Below are positions 42,615 through 51,231 of a DNA stretch of 53,709 nt, one piece after another; within the stretch, counting starts at the first letter, position 1; each line of letters opens with the position of its first letter. A program made the translations under genes and the position numbers. Origin of the DNA: Minisyncoccota bacterium (GTDB taxonomy: Bacteria > Patescibacteriota > Minisyncoccia > UBA6257 > JAGOQP01); NCBI GenBank assembly GCA_041661795.1, contig JBAZTS010000002.1, positions 102,263-155,971 of the forward strand, in the 5' to 3' direction. Below the pieces are notes generated by a model. That model was not told the origin of the DNA and searched no databases. It was given only the letters and a program-made list of their open reading frames with translations.

Positions 42615-42675
42615 GAAACGAATTGACTTTATCTTAAGAAAAGATTAGTATTTTACTTGTAATAATTAATAAAAA

Positions 42676-42700
42676 CCCGCCACTTTTGGTGGGATTAATT
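42676..42700 (+). terminator. Intrinsic terminator after the GT2 gene
   Basis: CCCGCCA CTTT TGGTGGG (one G-U pair), followed by ATTAATTTT. Confidence 0.5.
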
Positions 42701-42760
42701 TTAAAGTTTTTATTAAATAATTTGGAGCAGAACGAATAAATTATTTACTATAAAAAGTTT

Positions 42761-42878
42761 ACCCCCTCACTTATTGTTGATAATTACTAAGGGGTAACAC
42801 CAAGACAAGAGCCGATAAGGCGACATCCGTCTCTATCTTAGGTTGATACACAGATATTGCTACAATAAGTGAGGGGGT
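42761..42878 (+). ncRNA. Structured 118-nt element upstream of greA (leader or small RNA candidate)
   Basis: Perfect 17-bp closing helix: ACCCCCTCACTTATTGT (42761-42777) with ACAATAAGTGAGGGGGT (42862-42878). Internal CTAAG/CTTAG and AGAG/CTCT pairings. Followed by GCTCGATTTTGT and then greA. Confidence 0.45.
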
Positions 42879-42922
42879 GCTCGATTTTGTAGTCAATCGC
42901 TTCGCTCTTGAACAAAAATGGC

Positions 42923-43387
42923 ATGGCAGAAAGTTATTTAAGCAAAGAAAAAATAGAACAACTAAAAGGGGAATTAAAGGAGTTGAAAACAACTCGCCGA
43001 TTTGAAATTGCCGAAAGATTAAAAAGGGCTAAAGAGCATGGAGATTTGTCGGAAAATTTTGAGTATTCTCAGGCCAAAGAAGACCAGGAAAAACTGGAAA
43101 AAGAAATATTTGATTTGGAAAACTTGATAAAAGACGCCAAAATTATAACTAAATCAAAAAATAAAAATGTTGTCAGCGTGGGTCTGGCAGTTACCCTAAG
43201 ACAATCAGGAAAACATCCGGTTAAGTATGCCATTGTTGGTTCGCAAGAATCAGACCCTGTTAATAATAAAATTTCAAATGTTTCTCCTATTGGCAAAGCC
43301 ATTATGGGAAAAAAAGTTGGAGATAAAGTTAGAGTGAAAACTCCCAAAGGAATTGAGATAGATTTTGAGATAGTTGAAATTGAGTAA
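42923..43387 (+). CDS. greA: Transcription elongation factor GreA
   Basis: YLSKEKIEQLKGELKELK...RAKEHGDLSENFEYSQAKE...VSPIGKAIMGKKVGDKV. I prefer the ATG at 42923 over the TTG at 42908. Confidence 0.92.
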   Translation: MAESYLSKEKIEQLKGELKELKTTRRFEIAERLKRAKEHGDLSENFEYSQAKEDQEKLEKEIFDLENLIKDAKIITKSKNKNVVSVGLAVTLRQSGKHPVKYAIVGSQESDPVNNKISNVSPIGKAIMGKKVGDKVRVKTPKGIEIDFEIVEIE

Positions 43388-43403
43388 TTTGTAATTTTTA
43401 GAA

Positions 43404-43436
43404 AACACCTGGTAAATTGAAAACTGGGTGTTTTTA
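43404..43436 (+). terminator. Intrinsic terminator after greA
   Basis: AACACCT ... GGGTGTT stem, followed by TTTTAT. Confidence 0.5.
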
Positions 43437-43451
43437 TATTAAAATATAACT

Positions 43452-44900
43452 ATGCTTGAAGAAATTATAAAAGAGAGAAAAAGAAAAGTTAAGGAGCTTA
43501 GAGAAAATAAATTAAACCCTTATCCGGCTACAGTAAGAAGAAATGCCAAGATTGGTGAAGTTTTAGTTGGTTTTTTAAAATTATCTTCCTTAAAAAAGAA
43601 GGTTTGGTTGACAGGGAGGGTCAGGAGCTTAAGGGATCAGGGTAAAATTATATTTTTTGACCTGGAAGACGAGTCGGGGAAAATTCAGGTGGTCTTAAAA
43701 AGAGATGAATTTAAGGACTTTAGGCAGATAAAAAATCATTTGGATATTGGGGACTTTGTTGAAGTTTTTGGTTTTCCATTTAAAACCCAAAGAGGGGAAA
43801 AAAGCATAGATGTGAAATCGGCAAGAATTATAACCAAATCCCTAAGGCCCTTACCTTCCGATTTTTATGGACTGGAGGATACGGAAATTCGTTTAAGAAA
43901 ACGCTATCTTGATTTAATTTTGAATAAAGACCTAAGAGAGCTTTTTATCAAGAAGACCAAATTTTGGAAATCGGTAAGAGAGTTTATGGATAGTGACAAC
44001 TTTATGGAAGTGGAGACCCCGGTTTTGGAGTCCGTTCCCGGAGGAGCCGAAGCCGAGCCATTTGTTACTCATCACAACGCTCTGGATGAAGATTTTTATC
44101 TGAGAATTTCTTTGGAAATTGCCTTAAAAAAATTGATTGTTGGAGGATTTGAAAAGGTGTATGAAATAGGAAGAATTTTTAGAAACGAAGGAATAGACGC
44201 TGAACATTTACAGGACTACACTCAGCTTGAATTTTATTGGGCCTATGCTGATTATAATGATTTAAAGAAGTTTCTGGAAAAGATGTACAAATTCGTGATT
44301 AAAAAAACATTTGGAACACTAATTTTAAATTATCAGGGTAAGAAAATAAATTGGGGGAAGAAATGGGGAACGGTTGATTACTGCAAAGAATTTATAAAAG
44401 AAAATAAACTGGACCCGAAAACGGTATCAAAAGACGATTTAATAAAAAGAGCCAAAGATTTGAAAATTGATATTCCTTCCGGTTCTGGAAAAGGAAGATT
44501 AATAGATTTGATTTATAAAAAAACAGTCAGACCAAAACTTATCCAGCCGTGTTTTCTTATAAATCCTCCTGTTGAAATAGAGCCACTAGCCAAGAGATAT
44601 GAAAAAGACCCAAGAGTTGTTGAGCGTTTACAGATTATGGCTTGTGGAACAGAACTTGGCAAAGGATTTTCCGAGCTTAATGATCCCCAGGACCAAAGAG
44701 AAAGATTTGAGGAACAGATGAAATTAAGAGCTGCCGGAGATAAAGAAGCCCAAATGTTGGATGAGGAGTTCTTAGAAGCCCTTGAGTATGGAATGCCTCC
44801 TACGACCGGATTTGGCATGTCAGAGCGTCTTTTTGCTGTATTAGCCGATAAACCTGTAAGAGAGATGGTGTTCTTCCCTCCGATGAAAAAGAGAGGATAG
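43452..44900 (+). CDS. lysS: Lysine--tRNA ligase (class II)
   Basis: OB-fold N-domain. Class II motifs FMEVETPVL, YEIGRIFRNEG and GMPPTTGFGMSERL. Confidence 0.93.
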   Translation: MLEEIIKERKRKVKELRENKLNPYPATVRRNAKIGEVLVGFLKLSSLKKKVWLTGRVRSLRDQGKIIFFDLEDESGKIQVVLKRDEFKDFRQIKNHLDIGDFVEVFGFPFKTQRGEKSIDVKSARIITKSLRPLPSDFYGLEDTEIRLRKRYLDLILNKDLRELFIKKTKFWKSVREFMDSDNFMEVETPVLESVPGGAEAEPFVTHHNALDEDFYLRISLEIALKKLIVGGFEKVYEIGRIFRNEGIDAEHLQDYTQLEFYWAYADYNDLKKFLEKMYKFVIKKTFGTLILNYQGKKINWGKKWGTVDYCKEFIKENKLDPKTVSKDDLIKRAKDLKIDIPSGSGKGRLIDLIYKKTVRPKLIQPCFLINPPVEIEPLAKRYEKDPRVVERLQIMACGTELGKGFSELNDPQDQRERFEEQMKLRAAGDKEAQMLDEEFLEALEYGMPPTTGFGMSERLFAVLADKPVREMVFFPPMKKRG

Positions 44901-44915
44901 CGTATAGAAAATATC

Positions 44916-45722
44916 GTGATTGACTACTACCAAAACCAAAAAGAAGAGCAAAGAAAAAGAAAAAGAAGAAAATGGCGGATTTTTTTGTTTAGTTTTGTGT
45001 TTGTTGTAGTTATTGTTGGCATAGCGTTTTTTATGAACAGCAGTTTTTTTCAGATAAGAGAAGTAAGAATTGAAGGAACTAAAACTTTAGATCAGGCGTT
45101 GTTAAAAGAAGGATTGGCAAAGTTTGATAAAGAAAGGAGCTGGATTTCAAGATTAATAATTCCCCAAAACAGCACAATTATTCCTTATTTGGAAGGTAGT
45201 AAAATATCGTCAGTTTTAAAAGAGAATAACTATCCCATAAGAAATATTGAAATAAAAACATCTTTATCTAAAAAAACAGTTGATATAAAAATTACAGAAA
45301 GAGACCGGTTTGCTTTATGGTGCAAAGAAAAAGAAAACACTCAATGCTGGTGGATGGATAATGATGGATTTCTTTTTGTAGAAGGTCCTCATACGGAGGG
45401 AGGACTAATAAAAAAAATAGTTGATTATTCTGATGTTGAGGTATTACCGGGAAAATATCCTTTAGATAAGGATTATTCACAGAGGGTTGTGGAGATATTT
45501 AATTTTTTGGAAAACAAAAATATTGCCATACAAACGCTTGTTTTTAAATCTCCGGAACTGGCTCAAATAGATACGTACACACAGGAAAGTTATCCGGTAT
45601 TTTATTTTAGCTTAAGACATAGCCCGAGCTTTGCCTCCAAAACCATAGACGAACTGAAAGACAAATTTTCTAAAATAGAATATATAGATTTAACGGTGAA
45701 TAATAGAGTTTATTATAAATAA
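44916..45722 (+). CDS. ftsQ: FtsQ-like cell division protein (POTRA domain)
   Basis: GTG start, basic N-terminus, single TM segment, then IREVRIEGTKTLDQALLKE POTRA-like segment. Confidence 0.65.
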   Translation: MIDYYQNQKEEQRKRKRRKWRIFLFSFVFVVVIVGIAFFMNSSFFQIREVRIEGTKTLDQALLKEGLAKFDKERSWISRLIIPQNSTIIPYLEGSKISSVLKENNYPIRNIEIKTSLSKKTVDIKITERDRFALWCKEKENTQCWWMDNDGFLFVEGPHTEGGLIKKIVDYSDVEVLPGKYPLDKDYSQRVVEIFNFLENKNIAIQTLVFKSPELAQIDTYTQESYPVFYFSLRHSPSFASKTIDELKDKFSKIEYIDLTVNNRVYYK

Positions 45723-45857
45723 GAAAAAAACTAATTTCTCAAGCCCGCTCGCTTATTCCAGCGATTCGTTTGCTTGCCATCATCGTTTTACCGATAAGAA
45801 TCGGGCCATGCTAAAACGATTCCTGAGGCTATCGAAACCAGTTTCTTTTCTTATTTT
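45723..45857. other. Structured GC-enriched convergent intergenic region (complex terminator or small RNA)
   Basis: Nested helices: ATCGTTTTA/TAAAACGAT (9 bp) enclosing CCGAT-AAGA-ATCGG, plus TCGCT-TATTCC-AGCGA. Flanking AAGAAAAAAACTAATTTC and GAAACCAGTTTCTTTTCTT are near-complementary. Confidence 0.4.
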
Positions 45858-47729
45858 TTATCGTAATCGGTAAATAAAGATTGATGTTCCTGCTCTGGCG
45901 TAAGGTTCTTTATAATTTGAGAGCCACTGATAGCTGTCTTCTGGTTTTCTCTCAAAATTAATAGGATTAGCTTTAGCTGATTGCAAAGAGTTTACAGAAA
46001 TCGCCAACCAATCAATTCCTTGTTCTACCGGATTTCCTTTTGAAGAATTCCATGTTTCTCCTTTGTCTCCAAAATAATATTTGATATCTCCTCCTCCAAA
46101 ATAATCAATGGCAATTTTGTCTACTTTGTTTTCATTGACCCAGCTTTTTAGTTTTAACATATCTTGTCCCCAGTCATAATTTGAATCGGTAACATATTTA
46201 TAACCTCCAAATGTTCCTCCGCCAAATTGATTGAAGTATGAGATAAAATGAGGATAAGCTATCAGTGATTCAATTATCAGCCAGCCCATCAGAATAATAA
46301 TTAGAAACACTTTGGCAACTTTTTTTGTTTCCAATTCTGTTGTCTGAATCCATTTTTTCAAAGAACCTGTGGCTAGTATATAGATGAAAGGTAGCGTGGG
46401 TATTATATGCCTAAAACCTATATTAAGAGGGCTTTTAATGCTGTAAACCCAATAAAAAACAACAAAAAGAATCATTGCAAATTCTGGAAAACTGAAAGAA
46501 AAGAGGTTGGAAAATGATGTTTTAAATTTGTTTTTAACAAATCTTGTCAAAAACAGGAAAAACCCTCCGATAACAAGCAAAAGAGCGGCCAGGGATTCTT
46601 TGAGAAGATAAATAACGGGGAAATAGTACCACCAGCCACCGCCACTAACATTTCCTAAAAAGTAAGCGGTGTTACCGCCAGATGATCTTTGCATTACCAT
46701 CAGAAGGCCAAGCAGATACTCTCCAAATCCTCTTAAAACCGGAACTGAAGACATCCAGATATCAATATCGGCAAGACATCTTATGGATAAATTTGATAAA
46801 TTACATTTTGACCACATTTGGTCAGAACCGCCGGCAAAAGAACCTAAAATAAATTTTGTGTCAGCCGTTTGTTTTTCTATGGGATAATTTAAAGTGAATA
46901 TAAAATAAACAATCCATACTAAGACAAATCCAATAGCAAAAATACTGATCAATCCTTTTATATATTTCCATAAAATCAAAAATGATTGAGAAGACAATAT
47001 AGAAAGTCCCTTGTCTTTAGTTTTAAACCACCACCAGCAGATAACCAATATAATAAATATAGGAATCAAAAGAATTACGGAGAATTTGGTAAGTTGAGCA
47101 ATACCAAAAAATACTCCGGCCCAGATTAAATTCTTTTTTGAAGAATCGCTAAGATATCTGACAAAAAAGTATAGTCCTACAAAAAATCCAAAAGCCGCTC
47201 CCACATCAGTCGTAACATAGTGGCTATGGGCTAAAAAGTTAGGAGAAAGAGCCGTGAAAAAAGCAGGTATTAGGGCCCACCAATTACCCATTAATTTTCT
47301 TGACCACCAGTAAACAAAAAATACAAGCAGTAAGAAAATAAGTAATGGGAATATTCTGGATGTAAAAATTATACTATCGGCTCTATCTTGATTGGCTTTA
47401 TATAAAAAATTGTTGCCCATATCCCACTGACCGTTGATATAATCGGTCCAGAATATTTCATCAATCGGAAAATTAAGGCCCATTAACTTTAGAGGCAAAG
47501 CCGAAAGAGCTTTTATTAGAGGAGGATGTTCCGGGTTTAATCGGTAATCAAAATTATTAATATAACTGTAACCGGCCGGAATGTGAGCCAATTCATCCAT
47601 AACAGCTGACTCTTGCAGAGATGACGAAGCAGAAAGAGAGAAAGAAGAGATAATTATTGCTATTAAAATAATTATGGAAAATATCTCTCCGATCTTGTCG
47701 CTGATTAGATTGATTACTTTTTTTATCAT
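45858..47729 (-). CDS. GT39/ArnT-like membrane glycosyltransferase (polyprenol-phosphate-sugar dependent)
   Basis: 623 aa and polytopic. N-terminal loop motif MDELAHIPAGYSY (DE..H), typical of PMT/ArnT-type enzymes. Confidence 0.75.
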   Translation of the reverse strand: MIKKVINLISDKIGEIFSIIILIAIIISSFSLSASSSLQESAVMDELAHIPAGYSYINNFDYRLNPEHPPLIKALSALPLKLMGLNFPIDEIFWTDYINGQWDMGNNFLYKANQDRADSIIFTSRIFPLLIFLLLVFFVYWWSRKLMGNWWALIPAFFTALSPNFLAHSHYVTTDVGAAFGFFVGLYFFVRYLSDSSKKNLIWAGVFFGIAQLTKFSVILLIPIFIILVICWWWFKTKDKGLSILSSQSFLILWKYIKGLISIFAIGFVLVWIVYFIFTLNYPIEKQTADTKFILGSFAGGSDQMWSKCNLSNLSIRCLADIDIWMSSVPVLRGFGEYLLGLLMVMQRSSGGNTAYFLGNVSGGGWWYYFPVIYLLKESLAALLLVIGGFFLFLTRFVKNKFKTSFSNLFSFSFPEFAMILFVVFYWVYSIKSPLNIGFRHIIPTLPFIYILATGSLKKWIQTTELETKKVAKVFLIIILMGWLIIESLIAYPHFISYFNQFGGGTFGGYKYVTDSNYDWGQDMLKLKSWVNENKVDKIAIDYFGGGDIKYYFGDKGETWNSSKGNPVEQGIDWLAISVNSLQSAKANPINFERKPEDSYQWLSNYKEPYARAGTSIFIYRLR

Positions 47730-47749
47730 ATAATTATTATATCAAATTT

Positions 47750-48142
47750 ATGTCTTTTTTGCCTTCAAAATACCTCTGGACAAACCATTCCAAATTTAAG
47801 ATGGCTTTTTATAACCTTTCGGAAAGTAGGGTATTAAGAGTCATAAAATCGCCTCTGCGAACAGAGGAGGGAATAGCTCCTGATACTATAGCCGTTATGC
47901 AGCCAACTTCTTATAAAACCAAAAACGGCAAAAGAACATGGAATCAGGAAATATGGGTGATGTACTGCCTGCAAGGCAGGAAATCCGAAAAAGTCAGTCA
48001 GCGTCAGTCAGCGTTAAGTCAGCGCAAGTCCGCGATAAGGATTGTATCGGCTTGGAGATATCCCGGGCAGACAAAAGTCAGAGGAGAGTTGCCATCAGAA
48101 GTGCTAAGAGAAATTATGCAAGCCCACACACTCATAGAATAA
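47750..48142 (+). CDS. Hypothetical small protein (DUF4258-like pattern) carrying an in-frame word-array insert
   Basis: WTNHSKFKMAFYNLSESRVLRVIKSP...EIWVMY...IRIVSAWRYPG. The heptad-like insert SQRQSAL SQRKSAI is encoded by the array at 47996-48034. Confidence 0.5.
   Translation: MSFLPSKYLWTNHSKFKMAFYNLSESRVLRVIKSPLRTEEGIAPDTIAVMQPTSYKTKNGKRTWNQEIWVMYCLQGRKSEKVSQRQSALSQRKSAIRIVSAWRYPGQTKVRGELPSEVLREIMQAHTLIE
47996..48034. repeat. Half word array (4 x AGTC(A/C)GCG) in-frame inside the ORF
   Basis: AGTCAGCG at 47996, 48006 and 48017, and AGTCCGCG at 48027. Spacing is 10/11/10, identical to the phasing and words of the right arm of the alaS insert. Confidence 0.8.
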
Positions 48143-48152
48143 GTGTGTGGGC
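48122..48152 (+). terminator. Perfect 11-bp hairpin overlapping the stop codon of the preceding ORF
   Basis: GCCCACACACT (48122-48132) pairs with AGTGTGTGGGC (48142-48152). The arms resemble the CCCCCACAC/GTGTGGGGG arms of the alr palindrome. Confidence 0.55.
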
Positions 48153-48207
48153 AGGCCGCTTTATCCTCTGATTTGAATTAAAGTTCAAAAAGTGTTAAAA
48201 TCAAGAT

Positions 48208-49395
48208 ATGAAAAATGAAAATCTATCTAAAATAGAGGAGATTTTAACAAGAGGAGTTGAAGAGGTAATAGATAAAGATAACTTAAGAAAGAAACTTCTT
48301 AGCGGAAAAAAACTTCGTATTAAATTGGGAATAGATCCAACTAGTCCCAACCTTCATATTGGCAGGTCGGTTACCTTACTTAAACTTAGGGATTTTCAGG
48401 AACTTGGGCACAAGATTGTCTTTATCATCGGCGATTTTACTGGAGTGGTAGGGGACACATCCGACAAGGATAGTGAGCGCCCCATGTTGGACAAAAAAAC
48501 CGTTCAGAATAATTTAAAAACCTATACCCAGCAGGTGGGAAAAATTATTGACTTGAAAAAAAGTGAAGTTAAAAGAAATTCGCAATGGCTTTCCAAGTTG
48601 GGGTTTGAGGACATAACTAAACAGGCGAACATGTTTTCTCTTACTGAATTTATTTCCAGAGAAAATATAAAAAAGCGCTTAGATCAACAAAAAAGCATTT
48701 CTCTACGAGAAGTTCTTTACCCTTTGATGCAGGGATACGACAGCGTGGCCGTTAAAGCCGACGTAGAAGTAGGAGGTACCGACCAAAAATTTAATCTGTT
48801 GGCCGGAAGAGAAATTCAAAGAAACTACGGGCAAAAACCGCAGGATATAATCATGCTTGGGTTGATCGAAGGATTAGACGGAAGAAAAATGAGTTCCAGC
48901 TGGGGAAACACAATAAATTTGAACGATGAACCCAAAGATATGTTTGGAAAGGTTATGAAATTGGAGGACAATTTGCTGATTAAATATTTTACCAATTGCA
49001 CCAGAGTTCCTATGGAGGAAGTTGATAAATATAATACCCAGATAAAAAATGGCGCCAATCCAAGAGATATAAAAATGGTCTTGGCTTACGAAATTACCAG
49101 GATGTACTGGGGAGAAAAGGAAGCTGATAAAGCTAAAGATTTTTTTGTTTCAGCATTTCAGAAAAAAGAAACTCCAACCGATATAGAAACGATAAAAGGT
49201 AAAAAAGACCAGACATATTTTGATATTATTTTTTCCACCAAAGAATTTAAAAGCAGGGGAGAGCTTTTGAGGTTATTCCAGCAAGGAGGAATAAAAACTT
49301 TCCCAGAACATGTAGTTATCAGACAATCCGACAAAGCTAAAGAGGGGATAATTAAAGTAGGGAAAAAGAATTTTTTTAAGGTTATATTAAGATAA
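48208..49395 (+). CDS. tyrS: Tyrosine--tRNA ligase
   Basis: GIDPTSPNLHIGRSV (HIGH), GDFTGVVGDTSDK, KMSSS (KMSKS), C-terminal S4-like domain. Confidence 0.92.
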   Translation: MKNENLSKIEEILTRGVEEVIDKDNLRKKLLSGKKLRIKLGIDPTSPNLHIGRSVTLLKLRDFQELGHKIVFIIGDFTGVVGDTSDKDSERPMLDKKTVQNNLKTYTQQVGKIIDLKKSEVKRNSQWLSKLGFEDITKQANMFSLTEFISRENIKKRLDQQKSISLREVLYPLMQGYDSVAVKADVEVGGTDQKFNLLAGREIQRNYGQKPQDIIMLGLIEGLDGRKMSSSWGNTINLNDEPKDMFGKVMKLEDNLLIKYFTNCTRVPMEEVDKYNTQIKNGANPRDIKMVLAYEITRMYWGEKEADKAKDFFVSAFQKKETPTDIETIKGKKDQTYFDIIFSTKEFKSRGELLRLFQQGGIKTFPEHVVIRQSDKAKEGIIKVGKKNFFKVILR

Positions 49396-49412
49396 GTATC
49401 ATTTAAATTAAT

Positions 49413-50123
49413 ATGTCAGAATTTAGAATATATTGTGATGAAAGCAACCACTTGATTAAAGGGGTGGATTTTATGGTTTTGGGAGCAGTTTACTGTCCAG
49501 AGGAAAAAATCAAGGAAATTAATCTTAGAATCGGAGAAATAAAATCAAAAAACGGAATTCCTAAATTACGCGAGTCTAAGTGGGTAAAAGTTTCTCCATC
49601 AAAAAAACAATTATATCTAGATTTAATAGATTATTTTTTTGACAATACTGATCTTCATTATCGAGGAATAGTTATTGATAAAAAGATGTTAAATCACAAA
49701 GCATATAACCAAACTCATGATGACTGGTATTACAAGATGTATTTTGAATTATTAAGTAAAATATTAGACCCGAATATTATTTATTCGATATATTTAGATA
49801 CAAAAGATACGCGAGGTAGACATAAAACTAAAAAATTAAAGGAAATACTCTCCAACAGCTTTTTGGATTTTGAGGAAACAATTATAAAAAGAATTCAAGA
49901 AGTAAGATCGCATGAGATTGGGATATTACAACTGACTGATATTTTAAATGGAGTTCTTCAGGCAGTTAATAGACCCAATGATATAAAAAGTATCGCTAAA
50001 AAAGAATTAATTGAAAGGGTTAGAGATAGATCCAATTATAGTTTACTTAGTTCCACACTGGCAAAAGAGGGCAAGTTGAATATTTTTTATTGGCATAAAT
50101 CTGAATTTCACAATGAATGCTAA
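49413..50123 (+). CDS. DUF3800 domain protein
   Basis: N-terminal FRIYCDESNH and C-terminal ILQLTDILNGVL match the recalled DUF3800 signature (DESG ... QxADxxxG). Confidence 0.6.
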   Translation: MSEFRIYCDESNHLIKGVDFMVLGAVYCPEEKIKEINLRIGEIKSKNGIPKLRESKWVKVSPSKKQLYLDLIDYFFDNTDLHYRGIVIDKKMLNHKAYNQTHDDWYYKMYFELLSKILDPNIIYSIYLDTKDTRGRHKTKKLKEILSNSFLDFEETIIKRIQEVRSHEIGILQLTDILNGVLQAVNRPNDIKSIAKKELIERVRDRSNYSLLSSTLAKEGKLNIFYWHKSEFHNEC

Positions 50124-50616
50124 ACTATTGTGGTTACCAAAAATTATAGAACTTACTGATTTTGGTGGCAATTTTTTATTATATCAGGATTATCTCTATT
50201 CTATTTTTAAGAGAGATTTTATAGATAGTTTTCCAAAACTTGGCAGAAGCCCAGTTTTTCATTTTAAAGAAGATACCAATGGTAAACGAAATATATTTTG
50301 GCATTTAACGACAGAAATAGATCAAACCAATAATCAAAGGAATAGCGACCTCAGAAGATGCGAGAGATTGGTCTGGATAAGACCAATAATAAAAAATTAT
50401 TTAGAACCAGAAATTTTTTATTGGGAGAAAACAAACAAAAAAGAGATAAGATCTTATCTGTTTATTCCAGATGTTAACTATTTAATAATATTAAAAAAAA
50501 CAAAAACTATCTATTATTTAATTACCGCTTATCCTATAAATTACGAAAATAAAAAAGAACGATTTTTAAAGGAAGCCGAATTCTATAATCCTAAAAATGC
50601 AAAAACCGCCTTATAG
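50113..50616 (+). CDS. Hypothetical protein whose reading frame overlaps the DUF3800 gene
   Basis: Overlaps the upstream gene by 11 nt. 167 aa. FWHLTT...DLRRCERLVWIRPII...YLITAYP. No family recognised. Confidence 0.5.
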   Translation: MNAKLLWLPKIIELTDFGGNFLLYQDYLYSIFKRDFIDSFPKLGRSPVFHFKEDTNGKRNIFWHLTTEIDQTNNQRNSDLRRCERLVWIRPIIKNYLEPEIFYWEKTNKKEIRSYLFIPDVNYLIILKKTKTIYYLITAYPINYENKKERFLKEAEFYNPKNAKTAL

Positions 50617-50624
50617 CGGTTTTT
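50602..50624 (+). terminator. Intrinsic terminator overlapping the stop codon
   Basis: AAAACCGC CTTATA GCGGTTTT. Confidence 0.55.
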
Positions 50625-50754
50625 GGGCTCCTTTTACCAATGGTAAATGAGATAAGTTCATTGTATCACTATTTACAGCTTTTACAATAAAATTGTGGAT
50701 AACTTATTTTTTTAAATAATTTCAAATTGTCGATCTTATTCTTGCAAATTAGCC

Positions 50755-50959
50755 TTATTTAAACCATTTTGCACAAGTGCTGTAGTCATCTCTGATATCC
50801 CAAATGTCAGCATTTTTGTCAATTTGTTTAACACACTCTCTATACGGTTGGTCGTTGTTATATGGTCTGATAAAAAATAATAAAAGACAGAAAAACCTAT
50901 AATTAAAATAACCAAAGAACATAAAACTTTGAACCAATTTTGTTTTATTTAGTTTTGCA
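50755..50959 (-). pseudogene. Decayed paralog of the 88-aa Cys-rich membrane protein gene
   Basis: The minus strand reads ATG CAA AAC TAA, then IKQNWFKVLCSLVILIIGFSVFYYF (compare KQNWFKIVFVLIVIIAGGVYFW in the neighbour). The Cys-containing C-terminal part (RECVKQI...STCAKWFK) continues in another frame after a T-run. So there is an in-frame stop and a frameshift. Confidence 0.5.
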
Positions 50960-50964
50960 TATCT

Positions 50965-51231
50965 CTATTTAACAATGGATAAGCAATAATCAATACATTG
51001 TTTTAATTCAGGAAACTCCCTATTTTTTCCCAAGCAACTAAAACCCCCATTATTACATCCATTATATTTGAAAATTTTATGCCACGATTCATATTCACAA
51101 TCATATTTACATTGGGAAACACTTTTTTGATGTTCGTTCCAAAAATAAACACCGCCAGCAATAATCACAATTAGCACAAAAACTATCTTAAACCAATTTT
51201 GTTTGAGCCAGTTATTCATATTTTTATTCAA
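50965..51231 (-). CDS. Small Cys-rich membrane-anchored protein
   Basis: N-terminal TM segment plus an extracytoplasmic domain with 6 Cys. Overlaps the upstream gene by 8 nt. Confidence 0.5.
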   Translation of the reverse strand: MNKNMNNWLKQNWFKIVFVLIVIIAGGVYFWNEHQKSVSQCKYDCEYESWHKIFKYNGCNNGGFSCLGKNREFPELKQCIDYCLSIVK

